A stretch of DNA of 64,000 bases from a virus (Duplodnaviria > Caudoviricetes): IMG/VR virus record IMGVR_UViG_3300021091_002229, positions 1,680 through 65,679 of that record; one strand, written 5' to 3'. Positions 49,456 to 59,491 of this stretch are shown piece by piece. Below the pieces are notes generated by a model, which was not told the origin of the DNA, searched no databases, and saw only the letters and a list, made by a program, of their open reading frames with translations. The translations under genes were made by a program, and so were the position numbers. Within the stretch, counting starts at the first letter, position 1, and each line of letters opens with the position of its first letter.

Positions 49456-49642
49456 AGTCGAAATTCATAAAACTTTATTTGCGATGGCATATTATAGTAA
49501 TGGAGCATTCAGTTTTGAACAAGTATATAATATGCCGGTTTATTTACGAAGCTTCCACATGAAACAATTGGAAGATGCAAAAATAAAAGAAGCAGAGGCT
49601 GTTAAATCCGCACAAAAAGGTAGTAGACCTCAAAAGAGATAG
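49433..49642 (+). CDS. Tail chaperone extension (gp51-like), probably expressed by frameshift
   Basis: FGLTSEHKVEIHKTLF...VYNMPVYLR..; overlaps the T7 run at 49429-49435; no convincing own start. Confidence 0.6.
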   Translation, partial: FGLTSEHKVEIHKTLFAMAYYSNGAFSFEQVYNMPVYLRSFHMKQLEDAKIKEAEAVKSAQKGSRPQKR

Positions 49643-49644
49643 AT

Positions 49645-51408
49645 ATGGCAGATCCAGGAGATGAATTAAAAAAACTTAAAGGTAATGATACGTTTGAACT
49701 TGCTTCGGCAGTCAAATTATTAACTGCTGCTATAAAAGATCAAATTAATGGTACAAAAACATCAATCCTAGAAGCTCAGGTGCTTGTTGACGAGCAAAGG
49801 GAATACCGAAAACAATTAGAGGACTCTACCGAGGCACAAGAAAAACATACCGCGGCTGTAAAGAACGCAGGAGAAAAATTATTAAAATTTGGTGATGAGC
49901 TAGTAAAAATTGGTGAAGCAGGAATAAAATTTGCTTCTACCATTGGTGTCAGTGCTACAGCAGGCGTCAAAGTAGAACTTGCAAATAGAAATGCTATTGC
50001 AAAACAACTTTTCAAACTGGACGCAGATAGAGCGGTATCCCTCGCACAACAACAAGCAGCACAGAAATCATTAACCGATAGTTTTATTAGTACCCGCGAA
50101 GGATTTGAACTTAGTGCGAAGGGTACCCAAGCATTTGCTGCAAATCTTAAGGGTGGATTCAAATCAGAATTTGAACTTACCAATGAATCTCTCCGTGCGT
50201 TAGTAACCACAGGAATGTCTAATGTAAAACAATTTGAAGAGTTCCGTAAAGCAAGCGGTCGTGCAAGTTTATCGTCTGGTCAATTTGCTACTATTGTTGG
50301 CAAAAATACACTTTCTTTCTTATTATACGGAAAAAGTTTTGCTAAAGCAGCAGTAGATGCAGAACGGTTGGGTATTAACTTAGCCAGTGTACAAGCTTCA
50401 CAAGAAGGACTAGTTACTAATCTTGATGGAGCAATCGACACCGTAGCACAATTAAACCAAGTCGGGGCACAACTAGATTTTGGTAGATTGATACAGATAG
50501 CTGAACAAGAAGGGCCTGATGCATTGATGGCATATGCTAGAGCAACGGTTCCAAGAGACTTATTACAAAGCGCAAGCACTCGTGCGTTATTTAAACAATT
50601 AGGAATTTCAGCCGAAGACTTTTTGAAGGCGGGTGGTGAACAACAAAGTGCCGCTCAGAAGATAGAAGAACAAATGACTCAGGCTGCAACAAAAGTTGGT
50701 ACATTCGCTAAAAAACTTACCGAAGCAGCCAGAGTAAAAGATATCCTTGAAAGTTCATACTATAGTGTAGCAAAAGCAGCAGCTTTCGCAGCCGTATCAT
50801 TATATGCATTAGGTGCTAGTGGACTAATGGGAATGGTTATGAATCTAATCGGTAAATTTGGTGGACTATCGGCAGTACTGGGAATGGTATTACCCGTATT
50901 GGCTATTATAGCAGGAATTTTTGGTATGGCTAAAGGTCGGTCTATGGTAGAACAAGGTAATGTCGGTGCCGGGATAGCAATGGGAGCAGGTAGTGGAGCC
51001 CTTTCCGGCGCAGGTGTAGGAGCAATAGTAGGGTCGGTTATTCCAGGTGTCGGGACAGCAGTAGGTGCTGGAATTGGTGCATTACTTGGCGCGGGAGTTG
51101 GATTAGTTGCAGCAGGAACCGCAAAACCTGCAAATGATATGTTTTCAGCTGGATACGGTAGTAGAATATTGGTCACCCCAAACGGTGCATTTGCACTTAA
51201 CAACGCCGATGATATTATCGCAGGTACCAATTTGTTCCCAAAGGGAGCATTACAAATGGGTGGCGATACGTCACAATTGTCTAATAAAATAGATAAACTA
51301 ATTGATGTTATTGCTAATGCAACCACCACGATTAATGTTGGTGGTATAACTCAAGAGGTTCCTCGTATGAAATTGGTTGGTGTGTATTCTCGTAATGAGG
51401 TAAACTAA
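49645..51408 (+). CDS. Tape-measure-like protein
   Basis: Ala/Gly-rich helical protein with hydrophobic segments and GA.VG...PGVGT..GA; follows the chaperone pair. Confidence 0.72.
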   Translation: MADPGDELKKLKGNDTFELASAVKLLTAAIKDQINGTKTSILEAQVLVDEQREYRKQLEDSTEAQEKHTAAVKNAGEKLLKFGDELVKIGEAGIKFASTIGVSATAGVKVELANRNAIAKQLFKLDADRAVSLAQQQAAQKSLTDSFISTREGFELSAKGTQAFAANLKGGFKSEFELTNESLRALVTTGMSNVKQFEEFRKASGRASLSSGQFATIVGKNTLSFLLYGKSFAKAAVDAERLGINLASVQASQEGLVTNLDGAIDTVAQLNQVGAQLDFGRLIQIAEQEGPDALMAYARATVPRDLLQSASTRALFKQLGISAEDFLKAGGEQQSAAQKIEEQMTQAATKVGTFAKKLTEAARVKDILESSYYSVAKAAAFAAVSLYALGASGLMGMVMNLIGKFGGLSAVLGMVLPVLAIIAGIFGMAKGRSMVEQGNVGAGIAMGAGSGALSGAGVGAIVGSVIPGVGTAVGAGIGALLGAGVGLVAAGTAKPANDMFSAGYGSRILVTPNGAFALNNADDIIAGTNLFPKGALQMGGDTSQLSNKIDKLIDVIANATTTINVGGITQEVPRMKLVGVYSRNEVN

Positions 51409-51411
51409 TTT

Positions 51412-53154
51412 ATGCCAAGACTACTAATAGATTTGTTTGAAAGTAGGAAGCAAGAAATCTACAATAAATTTGCCGCCGACTCTGACCAACTGATATCCAT
51501 TAAACCGGATACAAAGAACCAATCGCAATTTACTACGAGAGATGCTATACAAGCATTAAAGCAATTAAAATTACCTAGTGGAACAGGAGTATTTACATCA
51601 AATAGTAGAGTTAAAGACGATGATCGTTCAGTTCCGGTTGTATCCACAGCCAGAGATGCTGTACGTATATTTAAATTTTTACGGTCACCACAAGGTACTT
51701 TATTCATTGCTAAACAATTATTGTTACAAACGGGAAACACATTTCAGAACACTAGATTATATAATCCGTTATCTACAATAGCCAGTACCGTCCCTTTTAT
51801 ACATGTTAAGCGTAGTTTACCTCCGTCTCTCGGAATAGTACCTTCTATACCCGGATTATTACAAACTACCACGGTAACAGATATATCCAGTAGATTTCAA
51901 ATAGCTGGTGCATTAAATGCATTTTTTGGTGGTCGGGATAGATTCTTCCCAACAGTTAAATCTATAGCATCGACATATTTAACAAGTCAATTAAAACAAG
52001 TAGCAGGACCGTTTATTCCACAAAGTTATAGGTCATCACGACCAGAATTTAAGATATTTGGTAACGGTCTAGCTCCTCGCCTTAGTGGGGGTGCTGGTCC
52101 TGTTGTGTTCGATCCTCAACCATTAGAAAGTCGAGGACTTCCACGACTTAATAATATAGCAACTGTTAAATCGCGAGTAATAAGCAAAACTCGTTCTGCT
52201 TTGTTAAATGTAGCCAAAGCAGGAATTAGTAAATTAATACCAAAATCTTTACGTGGAGTAGTACCAGAGATTGAACCAGAGGAACGAATAGAAATACCAA
52301 CATTTACTGAGTCGGCGAATAATTTTCGAAAAAAGTTTTACGAGGACAAAAGACTAATATCAGGAAATGAAAAGTATAGATTACATAGTGCATACCTAAC
52401 GGATAAAAATCCAGGTGATGATTCTGACACAAATGATGCGCCATTTGGTAAACCTAAGAGTGGCGGGTCTAAAGGGACATCGTATATTATTCAGGACAGA
52501 TACAACCTATATAAACGATTTAATACTGACACTAAAGTAGCAAATTTAATACAATATAGTATAATTAGAACTCCTCCGGACGATCTTGTCAACGAGGGAA
52601 AAACTGATATCATAAAGTTTATGTTCTCTGACTCAAATAATCCTGCTGCACCTGTACAATTTCGTGCATTATTATCGTCAATTAAAGAATCTATAAAAAC
52701 AGAATTTAACGAACAACGTTATGTGGGGCGCACTGAACGCTTTGTTACATATGGTGGAGCAAAACGTAATGTGAGTTTGGGATTTAATATAGTTGCATTC
52801 TCTCAACCCGAAATAGATGCGGTGTGGACACGCGTAAATTACCTATCAGGATTAGCATTTCCTAGAGGCGTTATATATGGTTTTATGATACCACCACTTT
52901 TCAAAATTACTGTCGGTGGAATTTATGATGACCAACCATGTTATATAGAATCGTTGGATTATGATTTTCTAGATGAGTCAATTACATTTGATATAGATAA
53001 AGAGGTTCCTTTCGCAGTCAATGTAAATATGCAACTAAGTATTCTTGAAAAAAGCACCAAGTTTCATAACAGTCCATTTTATAAAATTACTGAAAATGTT
53101 GAGAAAGAACAATCTACCTCGGCAGCAAACGAGGCCGCATCTAGATCAGTTTAA
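51412..53154 (+). CDS. Baseplate / tail-tube-initiator-like protein
   Basis: C-terminal FRA.+..I.E....FNE..YVGR.E.F.TYGG..R.+S..F...PPL..+TVG..Y...P; position in the tail module. Confidence 0.65.
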   Translation: MPRLLIDLFESRKQEIYNKFAADSDQLISIKPDTKNQSQFTTRDAIQALKQLKLPSGTGVFTSNSRVKDDDRSVPVVSTARDAVRIFKFLRSPQGTLFIAKQLLLQTGNTFQNTRLYNPLSTIASTVPFIHVKRSLPPSLGIVPSIPGLLQTTTVTDISSRFQIAGALNAFFGGRDRFFPTVKSIASTYLTSQLKQVAGPFIPQSYRSSRPEFKIFGNGLAPRLSGGAGPVVFDPQPLESRGLPRLNNIATVKSRVISKTRSALLNVAKAGISKLIPKSLRGVVPEIEPEERIEIPTFTESANNFRKKFYEDKRLISGNEKYRLHSAYLTDKNPGDDSDTNDAPFGKPKSGGSKGTSYIIQDRYNLYKRFNTDTKVANLIQYSIIRTPPDDLVNEGKTDIIKFMFSDSNNPAAPVQFRALLSSIKESIKTEFNEQRYVGRTERFVTYGGAKRNVSLGFNIVAFSQPEIDAVWTRVNYLSGLAFPRGVIYGFMIPPLFKITVGGIYDDQPCYIESLDYDFLDESITFDIDKEVPFAVNVNMQLSILEKSTKFHNSPFYKITENVEKEQSTSAANEAASRSV

Positions 53155-53166
53155 CAGGATTAAATC

Positions 53167-53424
53167 ATGGAACGTTATACTACTACACCGAAAATAGATA
53201 CAACAAAAAAGATAGCGTATTACACATCAGTAATACCTACAAAAATTCCTACAGAAGATATTCCATTTTATTATATTGTGCAGGATGGAGATAGACTGGA
53301 CACATTATCATATAAGTTTTATAATACTACAACAAATTGGTGGGTACTCGCTAAAGCAAATAATTTAGCAAATGGTAGTATGGCGATACCTGTAGGTACT
53401 CGTTTATTTATTCCAAACGTATAA
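53167..53424 (+). CDS. LysM-like baseplate wedge protein
   Basis: YIVQDGDRLDTLSYKFY....WWVLAKAN....I.VGTRLFIP. Confidence 0.85.
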   Translation: MERYTTTPKIDTTKKIAYYTSVIPTKIPTEDIPFYYIVQDGDRLDTLSYKFYNTTTNWWVLAKANNLANGSMAIPVGTRLFIPNV

Positions 53425-53433
53425 CTGTAATTT

Positions 53434-56400
53434 ATGACTATAAGATTTTCTTCACTTCCGATAAAAACTCCTAAACTTAGAATTTCTAGTGGTCTTGGTT
53501 TTAGAGAAATATTAATAGATGGTAGACTAAAAAGGGCAAACCATACAGGAGTGGACATACCTGCACCAAGTAATACCCCAATATATGCGGTAAGTTCAGG
53601 AGTGGTAGTGCGGGTAGTAAGTCAACCTTCTTCCGATAACGATTGTGGTGTATCCGTAAAGTTGGAGCATACTGAAACCGATGATACGTCTAAAAAGTAC
53701 ACAACATTATATTGTCATCAATTGGTAGGTGGACCAAAAGTTACCCAAGGAGAACAGGTTGCCGCGGGGCAAGAAATAGGTAGAGTGGGTAATACGGGAT
53801 TTTCATCAGGTCCCCATTTGCATTTTCAGTTAGCAGATTCTAATGGTACGCCAATAGACCCTACTCGATATTTAAATGAAATTAGGGGGACTACGGAAAT
53901 AGTATTACCTCGTACAGAAGCACCCGCTCGCCCCAACTCTCGTAGACCGATAGGGGTTACTGCTCCAGAAACAAATATCACTCCATTTATTAGTACACTA
54001 GAATCTTTTCACCCACGGGTTCAGTTTGAACTAACTAGTAGAAGATTATCGGACAATACAGCAAATACATACACACCGTTTGTTAAACTAACATCTCTAG
54101 TTAATGTTTTACGACAAAATTTAGAAGATGGTGCTCCTGCTAAAGTTATAAGTGACGGGGAAACGGACTTACAAGATATTTCGGCGTGGTGTCCATCGTT
54201 AGGACCACACGGAGAAGAAGAACTAATATTTGATGATTTGTATTTACCACAAAGTAATAGAAGTATTGTTGGATATGCTGTAGCAACCCAAACAGATGGT
54301 ACTAATCAGATTAGAGTTCCTGTTGTGGTAGAAGCTAGAACAGCAAATAAGACAGAACAGGCTAATATCCCTATGCCTGGTATAACCGAAGTCAGCACCG
54401 AACGAAGTTTGGCCGGCCCTATGGGAGTGAGAGGTGGTTTATTTAAGGCGGATATTAAAATTATTGCATACTCAGTTGGGCAGGTAGATACGTTACTAAA
54501 GTATTTCCTTCGTCCGGCGACAAGAGTTGTGTTAGAATTTGGTAATCAATCCGCTACACAAAGAGAAAATTTTGTGGGAAGTACTGAACGAGTTAATACA
54601 TTTAAACCGTTTAATTGGAACCAACGATCAGACGAAATCGGCAAAATATTTAGTGATATAATAACTACTCCTGATTCTGGGTCTGCGTTTATCAATGAGT
54701 ATGTGTACAACAATAATGGAAATTATGAAATCTTTTTTGGGTATGTAGTTAAGTTTGATTTGAAATATAACAAGAATAATACATATGAAATTTCGTTAAC
54801 GGTTCACTCAATTCAACATTTTGAAATACCTACTACACATACTGGTGTAAAGGCGTTGTGTCCTGATGCTACCAACCCTTGTAAGGTATATGATGTACGG
54901 CAATACTTTTCACCACAATCGGCAACTTTATATAACTCATTTACTTCTTTTATGACGGAAGAATTAAAAAAGGTAGAACGGGCTAAAGCACAATCAAAAT
55001 CTTATGAATGGGCCGACGATTTTATACTGATAGCAAACAACCAACCTGGTGTAAATGGTGCGGGGTCTGCTGAGGCAGGAACAACCGAAGCAGAATATTT
55101 CGTTTCATGGAGATTTTTCATAGAACGACTAATGTTAGACGCAGACCGAGGTATTATAAGTGTTATCAGAGATGATAATACAAAAAAATTATTAGAGTTG
55201 GGATTGCTTAGAGCAGTAAGAAGTCCGTCTCAAACGGAAGTTACAAACGGCGCGATAAATAATAAATTACAAGCAAATCAAGTAAACTATCATCCTCACT
55301 TACGTTCAACTAACCCAAATGTGATGGTAATTTATAATTACACCGCAGAGTCAAAAAAGACTGCGGCAGAATATCAAACGTATACCGATTTTGTAAACGT
55401 ATTTAATCCTACCCAAACCGAGTATGATAGATTCAGAGGTAATACCAGTATAGCAAATTTTATAATAGGAAGTGGTGTTGGCACATTCAGAAATATAGAT
55501 AAAAATAATCAAGATAGTCCTGGTATTGGTTCGTTAACAAACGGAGTATGGTTAAACACTAAAGCTATTAAACAGGCATTCACTTCACAAGATACAATAA
55601 CATCTGCTATAGACTATTTGTTAACGACGATGAACGACGCAACCGAAGGGTATTGGAATCTACAACTATACTCATCAGACCGACAAAATTCCGGTTTATT
55701 CGTTGTTGATATGGGATTATCTAAACGATTATCAGTTATGCAAAAACCGCCGGTAGCAGACCCAACAGTAACAACAGAAGACCGTCCATATATTGACAAC
55801 GAGGAAAAAAATAGAGAAAGTGTACTAGACGGTATCGATAAGATTACTATAGAACGATATCAAAAATCTACAGAAGGTATTGGTGTTGATGAACCTAAGT
55901 ATTTGTATATGTTTAATCGGGGAACTAAGGCATTAACTGATGGTAAATACTTAGGTAGTGAACTATTGGACTTGAATGTAGAATTTAATTTACCACAAGT
56001 TATAGCAGTACAAGCGATAGCCGGTATTGGGGGGCCGGCACAGAAAAGTACATTACAATCTATTGATATCCCTGAACTGAACCGAATCAGTCTTATTAAA
56101 GGTATATTTAGTGAATGTACGAAAAATGAAATATGTTCTCCCACAGAGGAAACTTGTCCAGATAATCAATTGTTTAAAGGTCAGAAATATAATATTCGTA
56201 GAACGGACGAGACCACACGAGTCCCAGCATCGGTCCGAGCTGAGTTCCTACGTCGTCAACAAAGGGGTGCAGCTCCAGCCGATAATACAAGAGTAGAGTA
56301 CCCCAGAGTAGAACGTAAACCTGCCACCACTCCAGCACAAGCTGAGGCACTACAATCTCTGTTTGCACAAGAGAATGGAATGACTGTTGACTCGTTACGT

Positions 56401-57150
56401 GAATTGAATAGTTTGGGAACGGCATTATATTTTATAGTAATTAATAAAGGACTGTTTCTCAAAAAATTAAATTTTGACTCGACAAATGCAGAAGACGGAA
56501 GAACGATACCAGAAACCCATGCATTCAATAGTTCAAACTTAACAAAAACTATTTCGTCAGTAACGTTACCAGGTATCGGGGGTATAGAGTTATTACAATC
56601 TTTTCTAATCGACCGCGTTCCTACTATTTTAGAACGTGGATTTTATGTGGTTACAAAAATTGTAAATAAATTCACACCATCTGGTGGGTGGATAACGACA
56701 ATTGACGGAAGATTTAGATATGCCCCAGAGAGAGAAACCAAGGCAAACACACGGGGTACCAATCTACCAAAAATCTGTACAACACCTTCGACCCCCGCGG
56801 AGCCTGGTGGAACAACTCCACCAACAGAAGGTGGTCCGTGGGCGGCATATAAAATACCAGTAACATCAACACAACTTGTCACAATAATCAAAAAGTTCCA
56901 AAGTGACAATGGATTACCACAAACAGGTCAACGTAATAGAGCTACCATAACTAAATTAAGAGAGTTCCAAGCTAGATACGGATTAAAAGTAGATGGTAAT
57001 CTTGGAAGAGCAGGACAAACTACGCCAAAGATGGTTGAGTTACTAAAGGCAGGCCAGTCTTTGGTTGCTACGGCTCCATCTACACCTACTATTGCACAAC
57101 GTTTATTAGCTGGTGAAGTCTTGGATGAATCGGGTCAACCTATACAATAA
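53434..57150 (+). CDS. Baseplate hub-like protein with N-terminal M23 peptidase and C-terminal peptidoglycan-binding domain
   Basis: HTGVD, LYCH, VGNTGFSSGPHLHF (M23); FQSDNGLPQTG and FQARYGLKVDG (PG-binding); TLPGIGGI...GW.TTI.G hub-like end. Confidence 0.8.
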   Translation: MTIRFSSLPIKTPKLRISSGLGFREILIDGRLKRANHTGVDIPAPSNTPIYAVSSGVVVRVVSQPSSDNDCGVSVKLEHTETDDTSKKYTTLYCHQLVGGPKVTQGEQVAAGQEIGRVGNTGFSSGPHLHFQLADSNGTPIDPTRYLNEIRGTTEIVLPRTEAPARPNSRRPIGVTAPETNITPFISTLESFHPRVQFELTSRRLSDNTANTYTPFVKLTSLVNVLRQNLEDGAPAKVISDGETDLQDISAWCPSLGPHGEEELIFDDLYLPQSNRSIVGYAVATQTDGTNQIRVPVVVEARTANKTEQANIPMPGITEVSTERSLAGPMGVRGGLFKADIKIIAYSVGQVDTLLKYFLRPATRVVLEFGNQSATQRENFVGSTERVNTFKPFNWNQRSDEIGKIFSDIITTPDSGSAFINEYVYNNNGNYEIFFGYVVKFDLKYNKNNTYEISLTVHSIQHFEIPTTHTGVKALCPDATNPCKVYDVRQYFSPQSATLYNSFTSFMTEELKKVERAKAQSKSYEWADDFILIANNQPGVNGAGSAEAGTTEAEYFVSWRFFIERLMLDADRGIISVIRDDNTKKLLELGLLRAVRSPSQTEVTNGAINNKLQANQVNYHPHLRSTNPNVMVIYNYTAESKKTAAEYQTYTDFVNVFNPTQTEYDRFRGNTSIANFIIGSGVGTFRNIDKNNQDSPGIGSLTNGVWLNTKAIKQAFTSQDTITSAIDYLLTTMNDATEGYWNLQLYSSDRQNSGLFVVDMGLSKRLSVMQKPPVADPTVTTEDRPYIDNEEKNRESVLDGIDKITIERYQKSTEGIGVDEPKYLYMFNRGTKALTDGKYLGSELLDLNVEFNLPQVIAVQAIAGIGGPAQKSTLQSIDIPELNRISLIKGIFSECTKNEICSPTEETCPDNQLFKGQKYNIRRTDETTRVPASVRAEFLRRQQRGAAPADNTRVEYPRVERKPATTPAQAEALQSLFAQENGMTVDSLRELNSLGTALYFIVINKGLFLKKLNFDSTNAEDGRTIPETHAFNSSNLTKTISSVTLPGIGGIELLQSFLIDRVPTILERGFYVVTKIVNKFTPSGGWITTIDGRFRYAPERETKANTRGTNLPKICTTPSTPAEPGGTTPPTEGGPWAAYKIPVTSTQLVTIIKKFQSDNGLPQTGQRNRATITKLREFQARYGLKVDGNLGRAGQTTPKMVELLKAGQSLVATAPSTPTIAQRLLAGEVLDESGQPIQ

Positions 57151-57164
57151 TACACAGAATATTT

Positions 57165-57593
57165 ATGTATCCACTTAGCAATAGACCAAAAATTACACGC
57201 AAAGATATAGGGTTGGGATATGTGATGCGGTATTTTATCAAAACAACATCGTTTAAAGACATTATAGAAGTAGACCAAAAACAATACGAATTGTTTAGAA
57301 CGAATACAAATTATATTACCTTAGAATTAAAATGGCTCATTTCTGGATTTGCCAATGACATCGAAGCACAAGATGGAAATATTATTTATGGGGTTAGACA
57401 CAAAAATAGAGTAACAATTGATTGGTATACTCAAAAATTACCTGGACTAGATAGAATATTACGTAATCCATTAGAATATTTCCAAGGTATTATTAACAAA
57501 GAGCAAACTCCAGTTATTAACGAACCAACATCTGGTAACGAACCGCAACTAACACCAACCCCACTATCCTATTCAAGTAACCCATCGTACTAA
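57165..57593 (+). CDS. Hypothetical protein (tail module)
   Basis: 142-aa ORF with GY+.RYF.K motif. Confidence 0.6.
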   Translation: MYPLSNRPKITRKDIGLGYVMRYFIKTTSFKDIIEVDQKQYELFRTNTNYITLELKWLISGFANDIEAQDGNIIYGVRHKNRVTIDWYTQKLPGLDRILRNPLEYFQGIINKEQTPVINEPTSGNEPQLTPTPLSYSSNPSY

Positions 57594-57596
57594 GAC

Positions 57597-57625
57597 TTGA
57601 CAAATACAATCTAACATATTATATT
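57597..57625 (+). promoter_or_regulatory. sigma70-type promoter
   Basis: TTGACA(57597)-N17-TATATT(57620); GAGG RBS before 57654. Confidence 0.78.
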
Positions 57626-57653
57626 TGATTTATAATATGTTATTGAGGAACTA

Positions 57654-58928
57654 ATGGTTATTACACATCTAGACGATATTACGAAACTCACTAACCGCTT
57701 ACAGGAAGAGACTGCATATGTCTATCCCGTGGCGGTTGATGCGTTTCTACATCTTGTTCAAAACAAACTGTCCTCACTCCATTTTCGATTTGAAGATGGG
57801 ACATTTTATACTATATCGGTGAATCATCCCGATGCCCCACACTTTGAGATTGACCTATCCCGTGCATATAAATTGGTCACTCTACACCAAAAGGAACTTC
57901 GACACCTGACCAACGCGGTCAATGTGATTGATTTGGCAACGATAGTCCATCTCAGTAATGATGTGATTCCGTTATATCGTGAATTTTATACGATGGTGAT
58001 GCATCAGATTAAAAATCAGTTCAAGTTCAAGAATTTGCATTATAGTATCCCACTTACTTCGTGGGTAGAAACAGCAGAAGCATTTCTTCAACATTGTGAA
58101 CATCTCCATAAGCGATATGAATCTATGGAACTTGACCCATCGTTCCAGTTTATCAATCAAATCACGATTCCTACATTAGCCAATATTGAAAAGTCTGGTT
58201 TGTATACTACTGATAACACGTTTGTATATTCTGACTATAACCTCTATACATCCACAGGTCGTCCGAGTAATGCGTTCGGTGGGATTAACTTTGCCGCACT
58301 GAACAAGAATGATGGGAGTCGTGAAAAGTTTGTCAGTAGATTTGGGGAGAACGGAACCCTTGTTCAGTTTGATTATGAGGCGTTTCACTTACGATTGGCT
58401 GGGAAGTTGATAGATTACTATCTTCCCCCGACCTCACTTCACACGTACCTCGCACAACAATACTATGGTAATATGACCATAACCAAAGAGCAGTATGAGG
58501 AATCAAAAGCCCGTACGTTTGCGATTATGTACGGACAATCCGATGACACGGGTGGTGTAGAGTTCTTCCAAAAGATTAAGGAGTATTCATCCAAATTGTG
58601 GAAAGAATACCGTCAGAATGGATTTGTATTGTCAGGAACGGGTCGCAAAATCACCATGCCAGACCCAAGTAAGAACAAGGTATTCAACTATATGATGCAG
58701 TTGACCGAAACCGAAGCGGCTATATCCCGTGTTAAAGATGTCTGCGGTTTCTTGGGTATGTATGAATCCAAAGTTATTCTGTATACCTATGATGCAATTC
58801 TATTGGACGTTCACAACGATGAACTAGATTCTATGGAAAATATATCAAAATTATTGAGTGCGGGTGAATATCCTGTTCGGCAGTATCGTGGTCACAATTA
58901 TAATGAATTAAACGTATACAAAATATAG
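57654..58928 (+). CDS. Compact, divergent family A DNA polymerase-like protein
   Basis: TSTGRPSN, motif A FDYEAFHLRL, motif B YEESKARTFAIMYG, motif C LYTYDAILLD. Confidence 0.8.
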   Translation: MVITHLDDITKLTNRLQEETAYVYPVAVDAFLHLVQNKLSSLHFRFEDGTFYTISVNHPDAPHFEIDLSRAYKLVTLHQKELRHLTNAVNVIDLATIVHLSNDVIPLYREFYTMVMHQIKNQFKFKNLHYSIPLTSWVETAEAFLQHCEHLHKRYESMELDPSFQFINQITIPTLANIEKSGLYTTDNTFVYSDYNLYTSTGRPSNAFGGINFAALNKNDGSREKFVSRFGENGTLVQFDYEAFHLRLAGKLIDYYLPPTSLHTYLAQQYYGNMTITKEQYEESKARTFAIMYGQSDDTGGVEFFQKIKEYSSKLWKEYRQNGFVLSGTGRKITMPDPSKNKVFNYMMQLTETEAAISRVKDVCGFLGMYESKVILYTYDAILLDVHNDELDSMENISKLLSAGEYPVRQYRGHNYNELNVYKI

Positions 58929-58987
58929 TGTTATCGAATAAAATTTGATACTTATAAGAAGTTGGTTAACAGTCTTACGAGTATCAT

Positions 58988-59389
58988 ATGAATGAAACGC
59001 AACTGTTATGTACTTTTATAGCGGCTGATAAATTGGACGAAAATGTAAATTTAGTGAAGAATTCCTATACATTAGCATTCAACAATATATACGTACTAGA
59101 AAATGTTGATGACCCTACACAATTAATTTTAACATATAATATTGTAGCGGGTTCATTAAAAGAACATTACGCGCCACCAGCCTCAACTATATCAGTACAT
59201 AGAAAGAAACAAACAAATACAATATATACGATTAATGCATTAAACGCATTGATTGCAAGTAAGAACGGTGGTAAAATAGATAAATCCTATAAGATTGATT
59301 GGGATGAATTAAAAAATTCTATTTTAGTAACTGCGCACGGTCAATTAAAAATCGTTAAAACAAAAATAAAAGAAATATTAAACTTTTAG
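58988..59389 (+). CDS. Conserved-looking phage hypothetical protein
   Basis: LLCTF...TYNI...TISVHRKKQTNTIYTINALN; in the replication module. Confidence 0.65.
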   Translation: MNETQLLCTFIAADKLDENVNLVKNSYTLAFNNIYVLENVDDPTQLILTYNIVAGSLKEHYAPPASTISVHRKKQTNTIYTINALNALIASKNGGKIDKSYKIDWDELKNSILVTAHGQLKIVKTKIKEILNF

Positions 59390-59399
59390 TAAGTAGGAC

Positions 59400-59428
59400 T
59401 TGACAAACTAAACAAACCGTAATATACT
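59400..59428 (+). promoter_or_regulatory. sigma70-type promoter
   Basis: TTGACA(59400)-N17-TATACT(59423); AGGAG RBS before ATG 59492. Confidence 0.8.
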
Positions 59429-59491
59429 TCTTCCTACTTGGGGTATATTACAATAAACACCCTTAAACATTTTAAACACAGGAGAAGTACA

